NCBI GenBank assembly: GCA_027021705.1
Contig: JALUTT010000077.1
Span: 1 to 64,000, forward strand
Direction: 5' to 3'
From: Anaerolineae bacterium
GTDB lineage: Bacteria > Chloroflexota > Anaerolineae > S140-20
Length of the DNA: 64,000 nt
Notes under the pieces: model-generated
The model's database searches: none
What the model was told of the DNA's origin: nothing
What the model saw: the letters and a program-made list of their open reading frames with translations, nothing else
Made by a program: the position numbers and the translations under genes
In this document: positions 35,342 through 42,133 of the stretch, one piece after another
How positions within the stretch are numbered: the stretch's first letter is position 1
Layout: each line of letters opens with the position of its first letter

Positions 35342-35593
35342 TTGAGCGAAGTCCTTGAGGGGTGGATTACGGCAGCCGAGGCCGCAGCCTTGACCGGTTA
35401 TACTGTCCCTCATATCCGTCGCCTGGCCCGCCAGGGCCGGATTGAGGCCCAGAAGGTGGGCCGAGACTGGCTGATCGGCCGGGAGAGCCTGCTGGCCTAC
35501 AAGCGGCAGATGGAGGCCCTGGGCTCCCAGAAACACAACCCCTGGCGGGAGGACCTGGGGCGGCAAGGACGACGGAGGAAGGCCGATGACTAA
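35342..35593 (+). CDS. Excisionase-like HTH DNA-binding protein 3
   Basis: WITAAEAAALTGYTVPHIRRLARQGRIEAQKVGRDWLIGRESL; clear paralog of 34759-34992, including the MExLGSxKHxP tail. Confidence 0.82.
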   Translation: MSEVLEGWITAAEAAALTGYTVPHIRRLARQGRIEAQKVGRDWLIGRESLLAYKRQMEALGSQKHNPWREDLGRQGRRRKADD

Positions 35594-35984
35594 CTGGCAA
35601 CATCCCAGGAAGAAACTGATCTCGGCCGCTGCCGATGCTTATCAGCGGGGCTGGGGAAGCATCGGGGAGTTGGCCGAGAGCGCGGTCCGACGGCACTATA
35701 TGGGCAAGTCACCGGACCGTGCCCTCCGGCTTTTCGTCCGAGACCTGTACCGCGAGGTGGTCCGTCGAGGAGACCCAGAATTTCGGCAGATGGTTGAGAC
35801 CCTCCACGCCGAAGGTTGGGAGTATCTCCCGATGGACGGTGTGGGGATGCGAGGAATCTTTTTCCATCGCCCCACCGGTAACCAAGTGAACCGGATGGGT
35901 GGCCCCTTCGATTCGTTTGAGGAGGCCGTCAAGGCAACCTACTACAGCGCGACCAGAGAACTCTTGCAAGAGGGGAACCGATGA
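35586..35984 (+). CDS. Hypothetical protein
   Basis: Coupled start/stop overlaps with both neighbours; GGAGG RBS; protein-like composition. Confidence 0.6.
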   Translation: MTNWQHPRKKLISAAADAYQRGWGSIGELAESAVRRHYMGKSPDRALRLFVRDLYREVVRRGDPEFRQMVETLHAEGWEYLPMDGVGMRGIFFHRPTGNQVNRMGGPFDSFEEAVKATYYSATRELLQEGNR

Positions 35985-36250
35985 CCGATACCCAGATCAT
36001 CCGGCTCACCACCCCGCTCCCCTGTGGGGTGATGCGTGAGGGAAACCGATGTGGACGACCGGCCTATGTGGCTTCCGCTACGCCGGTGGCTATGTCCGAG
36101 GACCCGGAACCGGACAACGTTGTGGCCGATCTGGTGGCCCGGATGTACCGGGGGCACTGGCTCATCCTGCCGGTGTGTGTGCAGTGTGTGCGTGACCTGT
36201 CCGAACGCTACCAATTGGAGGTGTCCGATGAAGAAAGCGCGACGACTTGA
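35981..36250 (+). CDS. Hypothetical Cys-containing protein
   Basis: ATGA overlap; C-x7-C...CVQC pattern. Confidence 0.6.
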   Translation: MTDTQIIRLTTPLPCGVMREGNRCGRPAYVASATPVAMSEDPEPDNVVADLVARMYRGHWLILPVCVQCVRDLSERYQLEVSDEESATT

Positions 36251-36962
36251 GATCATCCCGCTGGTCCTGTGGCTGACCCTGGCCCTGGCAATGGTCGGCT
36301 CCCTGACGCACACCGCCTGGGCCTTCGCCACCCTGGAGGACGGGAACCTGACCGCCGGCTACATCCAGGCGGTGGCGGTGGACCTGGGCCTCTTCGCCCT
36401 GGCGTTCAGCATCCAGAAGCGCCGGCGGCAACGTCGCCCGACCTGGACCCTCTGGGCCGGAGTTGGGCTGTTCAGCGGAATCTCCGCCTACGCCAACCTG
36501 TTGCACGGGCTGGCGTTCCAGGGCCGCTTGCCCCTGTCAGGGTGGACGTGGCTGGCCTCCCTGCGCCCGTTCATCCTGTCGGGCGTCCTCCCCCTGCTGG
36601 TGCTCTACCTCTCCGAGATCATCTCCTCCGACGTTCAGCACGCCGTCCAGCAGGCCGAGCGGGAGCGAAAGCGGGCCGAACGGCTGGCCGCCCGCCGGCC
36701 GTCAACTTCAGAGCAACCCAACGCCTTCCCCTACGACATCGAACAGGCCAGAACCCAAGCCCTGGAACGCCGGCGCCTTAGCAAGGACCAGGCTCTGGAA
36801 CGCCTCCTTGACTTCCTGGCCGACCACCCGGACGCAAGCCTCTCCGAAGCCGGGCGGCACATCGGACGAAGCAAGACCACCGTCTCCAACTACCTGAACG
36901 AACTGGAGGAGAGCGGGCGCATCCGGCGGAACGGCCAGGGAATCGAGGTGCTGGCGAGGTGA
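36228..36962 (+). CDS. Four-TM membrane protein with coiled coil and C-terminal HTH (DUF2637/Spd-like)
   Basis: GGAGG RBS; TM segments with SLTH, AVAVD, SAYANLLH and LPLL motifs; C-terminal SLSEAGRHIGRSKTTVSNYLNELEESGRI winged HTH. Confidence 0.75.
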   Translation: MKKARRLEIIPLVLWLTLALAMVGSLTHTAWAFATLEDGNLTAGYIQAVAVDLGLFALAFSIQKRRRQRRPTWTLWAGVGLFSGISAYANLLHGLAFQGRLPLSGWTWLASLRPFILSGVLPLLVLYLSEIISSDVQHAVQQAERERKRAERLAARRPSTSEQPNAFPYDIEQARTQALERRRLSKDQALERLLDFLADHPDASLSEAGRHIGRSKTTVSNYLNELEESGRIRRNGQGIEVLAR

Positions 36963-37127
36963 ACGGAGGTCCGGGGGCAGGTGTGCAAACGGGCGTTGGC
37001 CCACCTGCCGGGGAAAGGAAACCGCCGGCAGGTCTTGGACCCACCGGCGGAAGGGAGATGCCCGCGCGAGAACGCGGACACCCCAAGTATACAGGAAACG
37101 GTGCGAGTTGACAAGGGGAGGTGCCCA

Positions 37128-38717
37128 ATGAGGCGAGAACGAGGACTAGCCGTCACCGTCTTGCTCATCGCTGCGTTGGCCGTCTTCAGCGGATGGCAGC
37201 TTGCAGGGGGCATCCGCGACATCATCACCCGCGACGAACTCCGGGAGGCCGCCCGGCTGGAGAACGAACACCGCGCCCGGATGGAACCCTGGCGACGGGC
37301 GGGGAAGATAGCCGCAGGCGTCATCGGCCTGCTCACCCTGGCCGGTCTGGGGAGTGCCCTCATCGTCTACGCCCACCGACGGGCCGGGGAGATTCGGCCC
37401 GGCCCTGACGGCCAGTTTCCCATCATCCGGGTCCGAGTGGGCGGCGCTACGGTCCTACACGACCCCAACCGGCAGTTGGCCCCCACCGTCGTCTACACCA
37501 CCCCCCGACTGGCCCAGAACGTGGTGGTGATGCCGGTACTTCCCCCCGGCCTGGAGACCGAGCAGGTGGCCACCACCGCCCGCGCCCAGGCCGTCCAACT
37601 GGCCTCGGCGGTCAACAAACATCGGCCGGTGCTGACCGATGGTGGCGCACCGACGCACCCCCAACCCCTGGAGGACCGCCGGCAGGCCCTGGAGGACGCC
37701 CTGGCCCCCCTCTGGCCTACCCGGGTGCCCCTCACCGGCCTACTCAACGGGAGCCCCGTCAGCCTGGAGCGGCTGGTGTTGGGGGTGACCGTCCGCGAGG
37801 ACGGGCGGACAGAGGTTGTCCGGGGCGGGATGAGCAAGCTGGTCCACGTCGCCGTCGGCGGGAGCTCGGGTTGGGGCAAGTCCAACTTCCTCCGCGCCCT
37901 GGCCTACCAACTGGTCCTGGCCCAAGAGCGGCCCGACCTGGTGATGATTGACCTGGAGGGGGCAACCCTGGCCCCTTTCAGCCGGTCGGACCGGCTGCTC
38001 TACCCCCTGGCCGACACCGAGGACGACGCCCTGGCCGTGCTCCAGGCCGTCAACGAGGAACTGGACCGGCGCAAGGCCCTCTTCGGCCGGTATCCCGGCA
38101 CCGACAGCCTGGCGGCCTACAATGCCAGGGCCGAGGAGCCCCTGGCCCCCGTGATCACGGTCACCGATGAGGCGACGGCCTTGCTGGGCGACAAGCGGGT
38201 CGAGAAAGCGCTGAAGACCCTGGCCTTGAGGGGGCGCAAGTACGGCCTCTGGCTGGTCTTGGCGGGGCAGGACTGGAAGGCCAGCAGCCTCGATACCGCC
38301 ATCAGGAACCAGCTTGCGACGCGCGTCCAGTTTAAGGCCCTCAGCTCTTCCCAGAGCCGGGTGCTCTTGGGGCAGCCGGGGGCCGAGAAGCTGGAGGATG
38401 TGCCGGGGCGGGCCTTGGCCGTGCTGCCGGGCCGTGGCCTGGTCAAAATCCAGGCCCCCCACATCAGCCCGGCCGAGATTGAGCGGGCGCTGGCCGGTCA
38501 CGACACCGGAGCACGGCGGAACGTGCCGCGACCTGAGATGGACACCCGAGCCGAGACCATCCGGCAACTGGCGGCCCAGGGGTTGAGCCTGCGCGAGATT
38601 CAACGTCGGGTGTTCGGCTACGTGGGGGGAGCCGCTTACGATGAGGTCAAGCGGGTTCTGGAGGGCGGTACTGAAGGCGATACAGGCGGTATTACTGTAC
38701 CGTCTGGGGCCGTCTAG
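37128..38717 (+). CDS. Membrane-anchored FtsK/SpoIIIE (TraB-like) DNA translocase
   Basis: Two N-terminal TM helices; HVAVGGSSGWGKSN Walker A, MIDLE, ELDRRK, VTDE Walker B, RGRKYG arginine finger, LAGQ, GAEKL..PGRA; C-terminal HTH. Confidence 0.88.
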   Translation: MRRERGLAVTVLLIAALAVFSGWQLAGGIRDIITRDELREAARLENEHRARMEPWRRAGKIAAGVIGLLTLAGLGSALIVYAHRRAGEIRPGPDGQFPIIRVRVGGATVLHDPNRQLAPTVVYTTPRLAQNVVVMPVLPPGLETEQVATTARAQAVQLASAVNKHRPVLTDGGAPTHPQPLEDRRQALEDALAPLWPTRVPLTGLLNGSPVSLERLVLGVTVREDGRTEVVRGGMSKLVHVAVGGSSGWGKSNFLRALAYQLVLAQERPDLVMIDLEGATLAPFSRSDRLLYPLADTEDDALAVLQAVNEELDRRKALFGRYPGTDSLAAYNARAEEPLAPVITVTDEATALLGDKRVEKALKTLALRGRKYGLWLVLAGQDWKASSLDTAIRNQLATRVQFKALSSSQSRVLLGQPGAEKLEDVPGRALAVLPGRGLVKIQAPHISPAEIERALAGHDTGARRNVPRPEMDTRAETIRQLAAQGLSLREIQRRVFGYVGGAAYDEVKRVLEGGTEGDTGGITVPSGAV

Positions 38718-38801
38718 GGCGATACCCGGTACCGGTAATACCGCCGGTACTGTAATACCGCTTGTCCGGGGAGCGGATACACCGGATTCTGGACGGTGGC
38801 A

Positions 38802-38870
38802 ACGGTGACAAGTGACGGTGACAAGTGACGGTGACAAGTGACGGTGACCGGTGACACCTGTCACCGTCAC
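38802..38870 (+). repeat. Tandem 13-mer array ACGGTGACAAGTG (about 3.6 copies) plus GGTGACACCTGTCACC palindrome
   Basis: Read directly; contains the same GGTGACA core as the origin-like blocks. Confidence 0.88.
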
Positions 38871-38943
38871 CCGGCAGCTTATCAACCGCCTATGCGTCAA
38901 CTGCCTATGTGTTAACCACCGTCACCTGCGGAGGGAGGGGAAG

Positions 38944-39417
38944 ATGCTAAGCGAGGCGGACCTGGAACGATTCTTCCGGCGGATGTGGGAGGAGCAGCGT
39001 CGGGGGCGATACCTTCTCCCGGAGGACCCCAGGCGCACCCTCGCCCGCCGGGTTGAGCGGGCAGTCATCCAGAAGCTCATCGGGCGGGGGCACCGGGTGA
39101 GCAAGGCTGCCCCCAACGAGCACTGGGACCTCTGGGCCGACGGGATCAGGATTGAGGTCAAGGCGGCCACCTGGCACGGACGCTACCAGGCGAATCTGAG
39201 GGGGAACGACGCCGACGTGCTCATCCTCGGCTGCGTCAACGGGGATGTCCACTTCTTCGTCATCCCCTTCGACCGGCTGGAGGGCCGACGCCACGTTGCC
39301 ATCTGGTCGCCCGACCCGGCCCGCTACCTGGGCCGCTGGGCGCCCTTCTACGAAGCCTGGGAGTGGCTGGACGCCCTGGAGGTCCGCAATCCCTGGCAAC
39401 TCCCGCTGTTCCCCTAG
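38944..39417 (+). CDS. PD-(D/E)XK-fold nuclease-like protein
   Basis: E...WDLWADGIRIEVKAA matches the E-D-EXK active-site pattern; GGAGGG RBS. Confidence 0.65.
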   Translation: MLSEADLERFFRRMWEEQRRGRYLLPEDPRRTLARRVERAVIQKLIGRGHRVSKAAPNEHWDLWADGIRIEVKAATWHGRYQANLRGNDADVLILGCVNGDVHFFVIPFDRLEGRRHVAIWSPDPARYLGRWAPFYEAWEWLDALEVRNPWQLPLFP

Positions 39418-39469
39418 TTTCAATCCCCCATCAGGCGGGAGAGGGTTTGCGACTTGGAGGGATGAAGCT

Positions 39470-39730
39470 ATGCTGACAGAACAGGAACGAATCTTGGAGA
39501 CCCAGGAACAAGTCTTGGAGACCTTGGACCGACTTGCCTCCTTGGTTGAGCTTGCCAAGGAGGAAGCCGAGAGATATGACCCGTTCGGCCTTCTCGAAAC
39601 TCGGCTTCGGCAGATCGAGCAGACCGTTCAGACCGTGCGCGACTTGGCCGGGGTGGGCAAGAAGAGAACCCGACTTACGATCACCATCACCGACCGGCCG
39701 TGGCTGCCGGGGCTGCCCTGGCCGCTGTGA
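39470..39730 (+). CDS. Hypothetical coiled-coil protein
   Basis: GGAGG RBS; helical E/L/Q-rich sequence. Confidence 0.55.
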   Translation: MLTEQERILETQEQVLETLDRLASLVELAKEEAERYDPFGLLETRLRQIEQTVQTVRDLAGVGKKRTRLTITITDRPWLPGLPWPL

Positions 39731-39742
39731 GGGAGGGGCACG

Positions 39743-40009
39743 ATGACTACCCTGATCGCAGCGTACAACTCTGAGGGCTGCATTGGCCGTTGTGACGCCA
39801 AGTGCTACAACGCCACCGGCCCCGACTGCGAATGTATCTGCGGCGGCCTTAACCACGGCGCAGGGGTGGAAAAGGCGATGGAGAACACCCGCGAGCTGGC
39901 CGAGGAGTGGATGCGGCAGTGGCGCACGGAGCACCCGGACACGGAATACTTCCTGGTCCCGGCGGCGCAACTGTCCTTGTGGGGCCTTCTGGAGGAAGGG
40001 CGATGTTGA
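39743..40009 (+). CDS. Cys/His-rich hypothetical protein (probable metal binding)
   Basis: CDAKCYNATGPDCECICGGLNHG; GGAGG RBS. Confidence 0.7.
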   Translation: MTTLIAAYNSEGCIGRCDAKCYNATGPDCECICGGLNHGAGVEKAMENTRELAEEWMRQWRTEHPDTEYFLVPAAQLSLWGLLEEGRC

Positions 40010-40197
40010 GGCTTCTGATGATCGCGCTGGTGCTGGTGTTGTCGGCCTTCGTGCCCGGTACGACGGTGGTTGAGGGAACGATGAAGGGGACGGCCACCCT
40101 CGGCCTCGCCCGCCTGACCATCGGGCGGGCGACGGTCCGCGTCACCCTGCACCCCTACCGGCCCAACCGGGTGTACTACCGTCTGGCGGTGACGTAG
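40003..40197 (+). CDS. Small hypothetical protein with hydrophobic N-terminus
   Basis: GGAGG RBS; fills the operon gap exactly. Confidence 0.45.
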   Translation: MLRLLMIALVLVLSAFVPGTTVVEGTMKGTATLGLARLTIGRATVRVTLHPYRPNRVYYRLAVT

Positions 40198-40599
40198 ATG
40201 GACGACCGGGATCGGCTCTGGGCAGCCTGGAGAGAGGAACAGGCAAGGCGCTGGCGGGCCTTCGCCGATTCCCTGACGCCGGATCAGCGAGAACTGCTCC
40301 GACGCTATGAGGAAGCCTGTCGGCAGGTGGCCCGGTTGCGCCGGATGGAATCGGCCCGGAGGCGCGGGCGGCCTTACCGGGGGCAGCCGGTGCCCCGGCC
40401 TTGGACCGAAGTCGGGGGCATCGTCCGGTGGCACGACACCCGGTGGCGCGTCGCCCGGCGCTACCGGATGAGCGAGGTGGGCAGGCTGGAAGCCGAGGAC
40501 CGTTGGCTGGTGGACCTGGAGCCGTTGGAAGAGGGATGGGACCCCTACGTGGGGGTCCCCGAGTCTGAAATCGAGGAATGGAACGATGAAAGTAAGTGA
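40198..40599 (+). CDS. Hypothetical protein
   Basis: Abuts the upstream stop and overlaps the downstream start. Confidence 0.55.
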   Translation: MDDRDRLWAAWREEQARRWRAFADSLTPDQRELLRRYEEACRQVARLRRMESARRRGRPYRGQPVPRPWTEVGGIVRWHDTRWRVARRYRMSEVGRLEAEDRWLVDLEPLEEGWDPYVGVPESEIEEWNDESK

Positions 40600-40780
40600 C
40601 GATCTGGTGTTAGAAGCGTGGCGAGGAGAGCAGCCGTACTTTCTACTGCGCAGCCTGGGGCGGGAGGAAGGCGGACAGGGGGTGATCATCCTGCCCGACG
40701 AAATCCCCGCCCTGATTGAGGCGCTGACCGAGGTGGTGAACGATGAGCAACGACCTGGCGGTGACCCACAACGCGGCTGA
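40586..40780 (+). CDS. Small hypothetical protein
   Basis: GAGG RBS; protein-like composition; provides the RBS for the recombinase. Confidence 0.5.
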   Translation: MKVSDDLVLEAWRGEQPYFLLRSLGREEGGQGVIILPDEIPALIEALTEVVNDEQRPGGDPQRG

Positions 40781-41702
40781 GTTGCTGAGGCGAGAGGACC
40801 TGCTGGCAGCGTTCGCGGCGTTCCTCCGGCTCAACGTCGCCGAGGGTGACGCAAGCGCGGCCACGGTGCGGACCTACTGGAGCCAGGTACGCCAGTACGT
40901 GGCCTGGTGCCGGGAGCGGGGGCTGGACCCGGCCCTGGCCTCGGAGCACGACCTGCTGGAGTACCGCGCCTGGCTGGCCGAACGCTACACGCGGGCGACG
41001 GTGGCCACCAAACTCGCGGCGGTGCGCCGGCTCTACCAGGCCGCCGTCTGGCGGGGGATGAGGGCCGACAACCCCGCTGCCGGCCTGAAGGCCCCGAAGG
41101 AAAAGACGGCCAGGGAGGAGCGGGTGAAGTTTCTGCCGCTGGAGGGGCTCAAGCGGCTCCTCCAGGCCCCCCAGGGCGACGGGGCCAAGGGCCGGCGGGA
41201 TAGGGCGATGCTGGCCCTGATGGGCGTCCACGGCTTGCGTGTAAGCGAGGTGGCCGGGCTGGATGTGGACGACCTCGACCTCGACCAAGGTCGGGTCACG
41301 GTCACCGGCAAGGGCCGGAAGACGCGCACCGTCTACCTGACGGAGCAGACCGCGCAGGCCCTGGCCGCTTGGCTGGAGGCGCGGGATCGGGTGGCCGCCG
41401 AGGATGAGCCGGCCCTGTTCGTCAGCCTTCGCCATCCTGACCCGGGCACCCGGATGAGCGCGAGGTCAATCCGCTACCTGGTGGACGGCTACCTGGAGCG
41501 GCTGGGGCTCAAGGGGGAAGGGATAAGCTGCCACAGCCTGCGGCATAGTGCCGCGACCTGGGCGCGGGCCGGGGGCGCGGCCCTGGACGCCATTGCCGGG
41601 ATGCTGGGGCATTCGTCGGTGACGACGACGCAGGTCTACGCCCGGATCGTGGACCGGATGACCGAGAACCCGGCCCGCTACCTGGAGGCCCTGCTGGGAT
41701 AG
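40743..41702 (+). CDS. XerC/D-like tyrosine recombinase (probable resolvase)
   Basis: SAM-like N-terminal domain; catalytic set GLRVSE, GKG, HSLRH, LGH, TTQVY. Confidence 0.93.
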   Translation: MSNDLAVTHNAAELLRREDLLAAFAAFLRLNVAEGDASAATVRTYWSQVRQYVAWCRERGLDPALASEHDLLEYRAWLAERYTRATVATKLAAVRRLYQAAVWRGMRADNPAAGLKAPKEKTAREERVKFLPLEGLKRLLQAPQGDGAKGRRDRAMLALMGVHGLRVSEVAGLDVDDLDLDQGRVTVTGKGRKTRTVYLTEQTAQALAAWLEARDRVAAEDEPALFVSLRHPDPGTRMSARSIRYLVDGYLERLGLKGEGISCHSLRHSAATWARAGGAALDAIAGMLGHSSVTTTQVYARIVDRMTENPARYLEALLG

Positions 41703-41754
41703 GGGAGGGAGGCTTGCTCTCGCCCTCTCTCCCCTTCCCAGGGAAAGGGCCGGT

Positions 41755-41782
41755 GCTTCCTGTTATTGGGATTATCGGAAGC
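41755..41782 (-). promoter_or_regulatory. dif-like 11-6-11 tyrosine-recombinase site
   Basis: The minus strand reads GCTTCCGATAA-TCCCAA-TAACAGGAAGC, an imperfect inverted repeat 53 bp after the recombinase stop. Confidence 0.65.
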
Positions 41783-41859
41783 AACGCTGACAGTCGTATA
41801 CTGTATAATCCGCATTTTGTCAAGGGCACTTGTGTTTGAACTGCCTACAGCAGTCGTTC

Positions 41860-41904
41860 TTGACACCTACAGGGAGGAGTGTTATAATCCTGCGTGTATA
41901 ACAC
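41860..41904 (+). promoter_or_regulatory. Consensus sigma70 promoter of the replication operon with an overlapping operator-like inverted repeat
   Basis: TTGACA-17bp-TATAAT with a TG extension; the GTGTTATA-10bp-TATAACAC palindrome overlaps the -10 and start site. Confidence 0.8.
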
Positions 41905-41965
41905 AATGAGAGGGGACACTGGAGGAGGATGTGCCCACAGTGTCCCCTTTTGCTAGGAGGACACA

Positions 41966-42133
41966 ATGCGCAAACACTTCGTGGGGTTCCGCCTTGAGCC
42001 GCACCTGTATCACGCTTTGAAAACACAGGCGCGGCAGCGTGGCAACACCGTCTCTGAGGAGATTCGGCTGGCGATTCGGGAATACCTGAAGAAAAGGAGT
42101 AAAAAAACAAGGAGTAAACGATGGCTATCGTAA
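41966..42133 (+). CDS. CopG/Arc-like ribbon-helix-helix protein (55 aa; below the ORF-track cutoff)
   Basis: AGGAGG RBS; MRKHFVGFRLEPHLYHALKTQARQRGNTVSEEIRLAIREYL fits the beta-alpha-alpha pattern; overlaps the primase start. Confidence 0.8.
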   Translation: MRKHFVGFRLEPHLYHALKTQARQRGNTVSEEIRLAIREYLKKRSKKTRSKRWLS

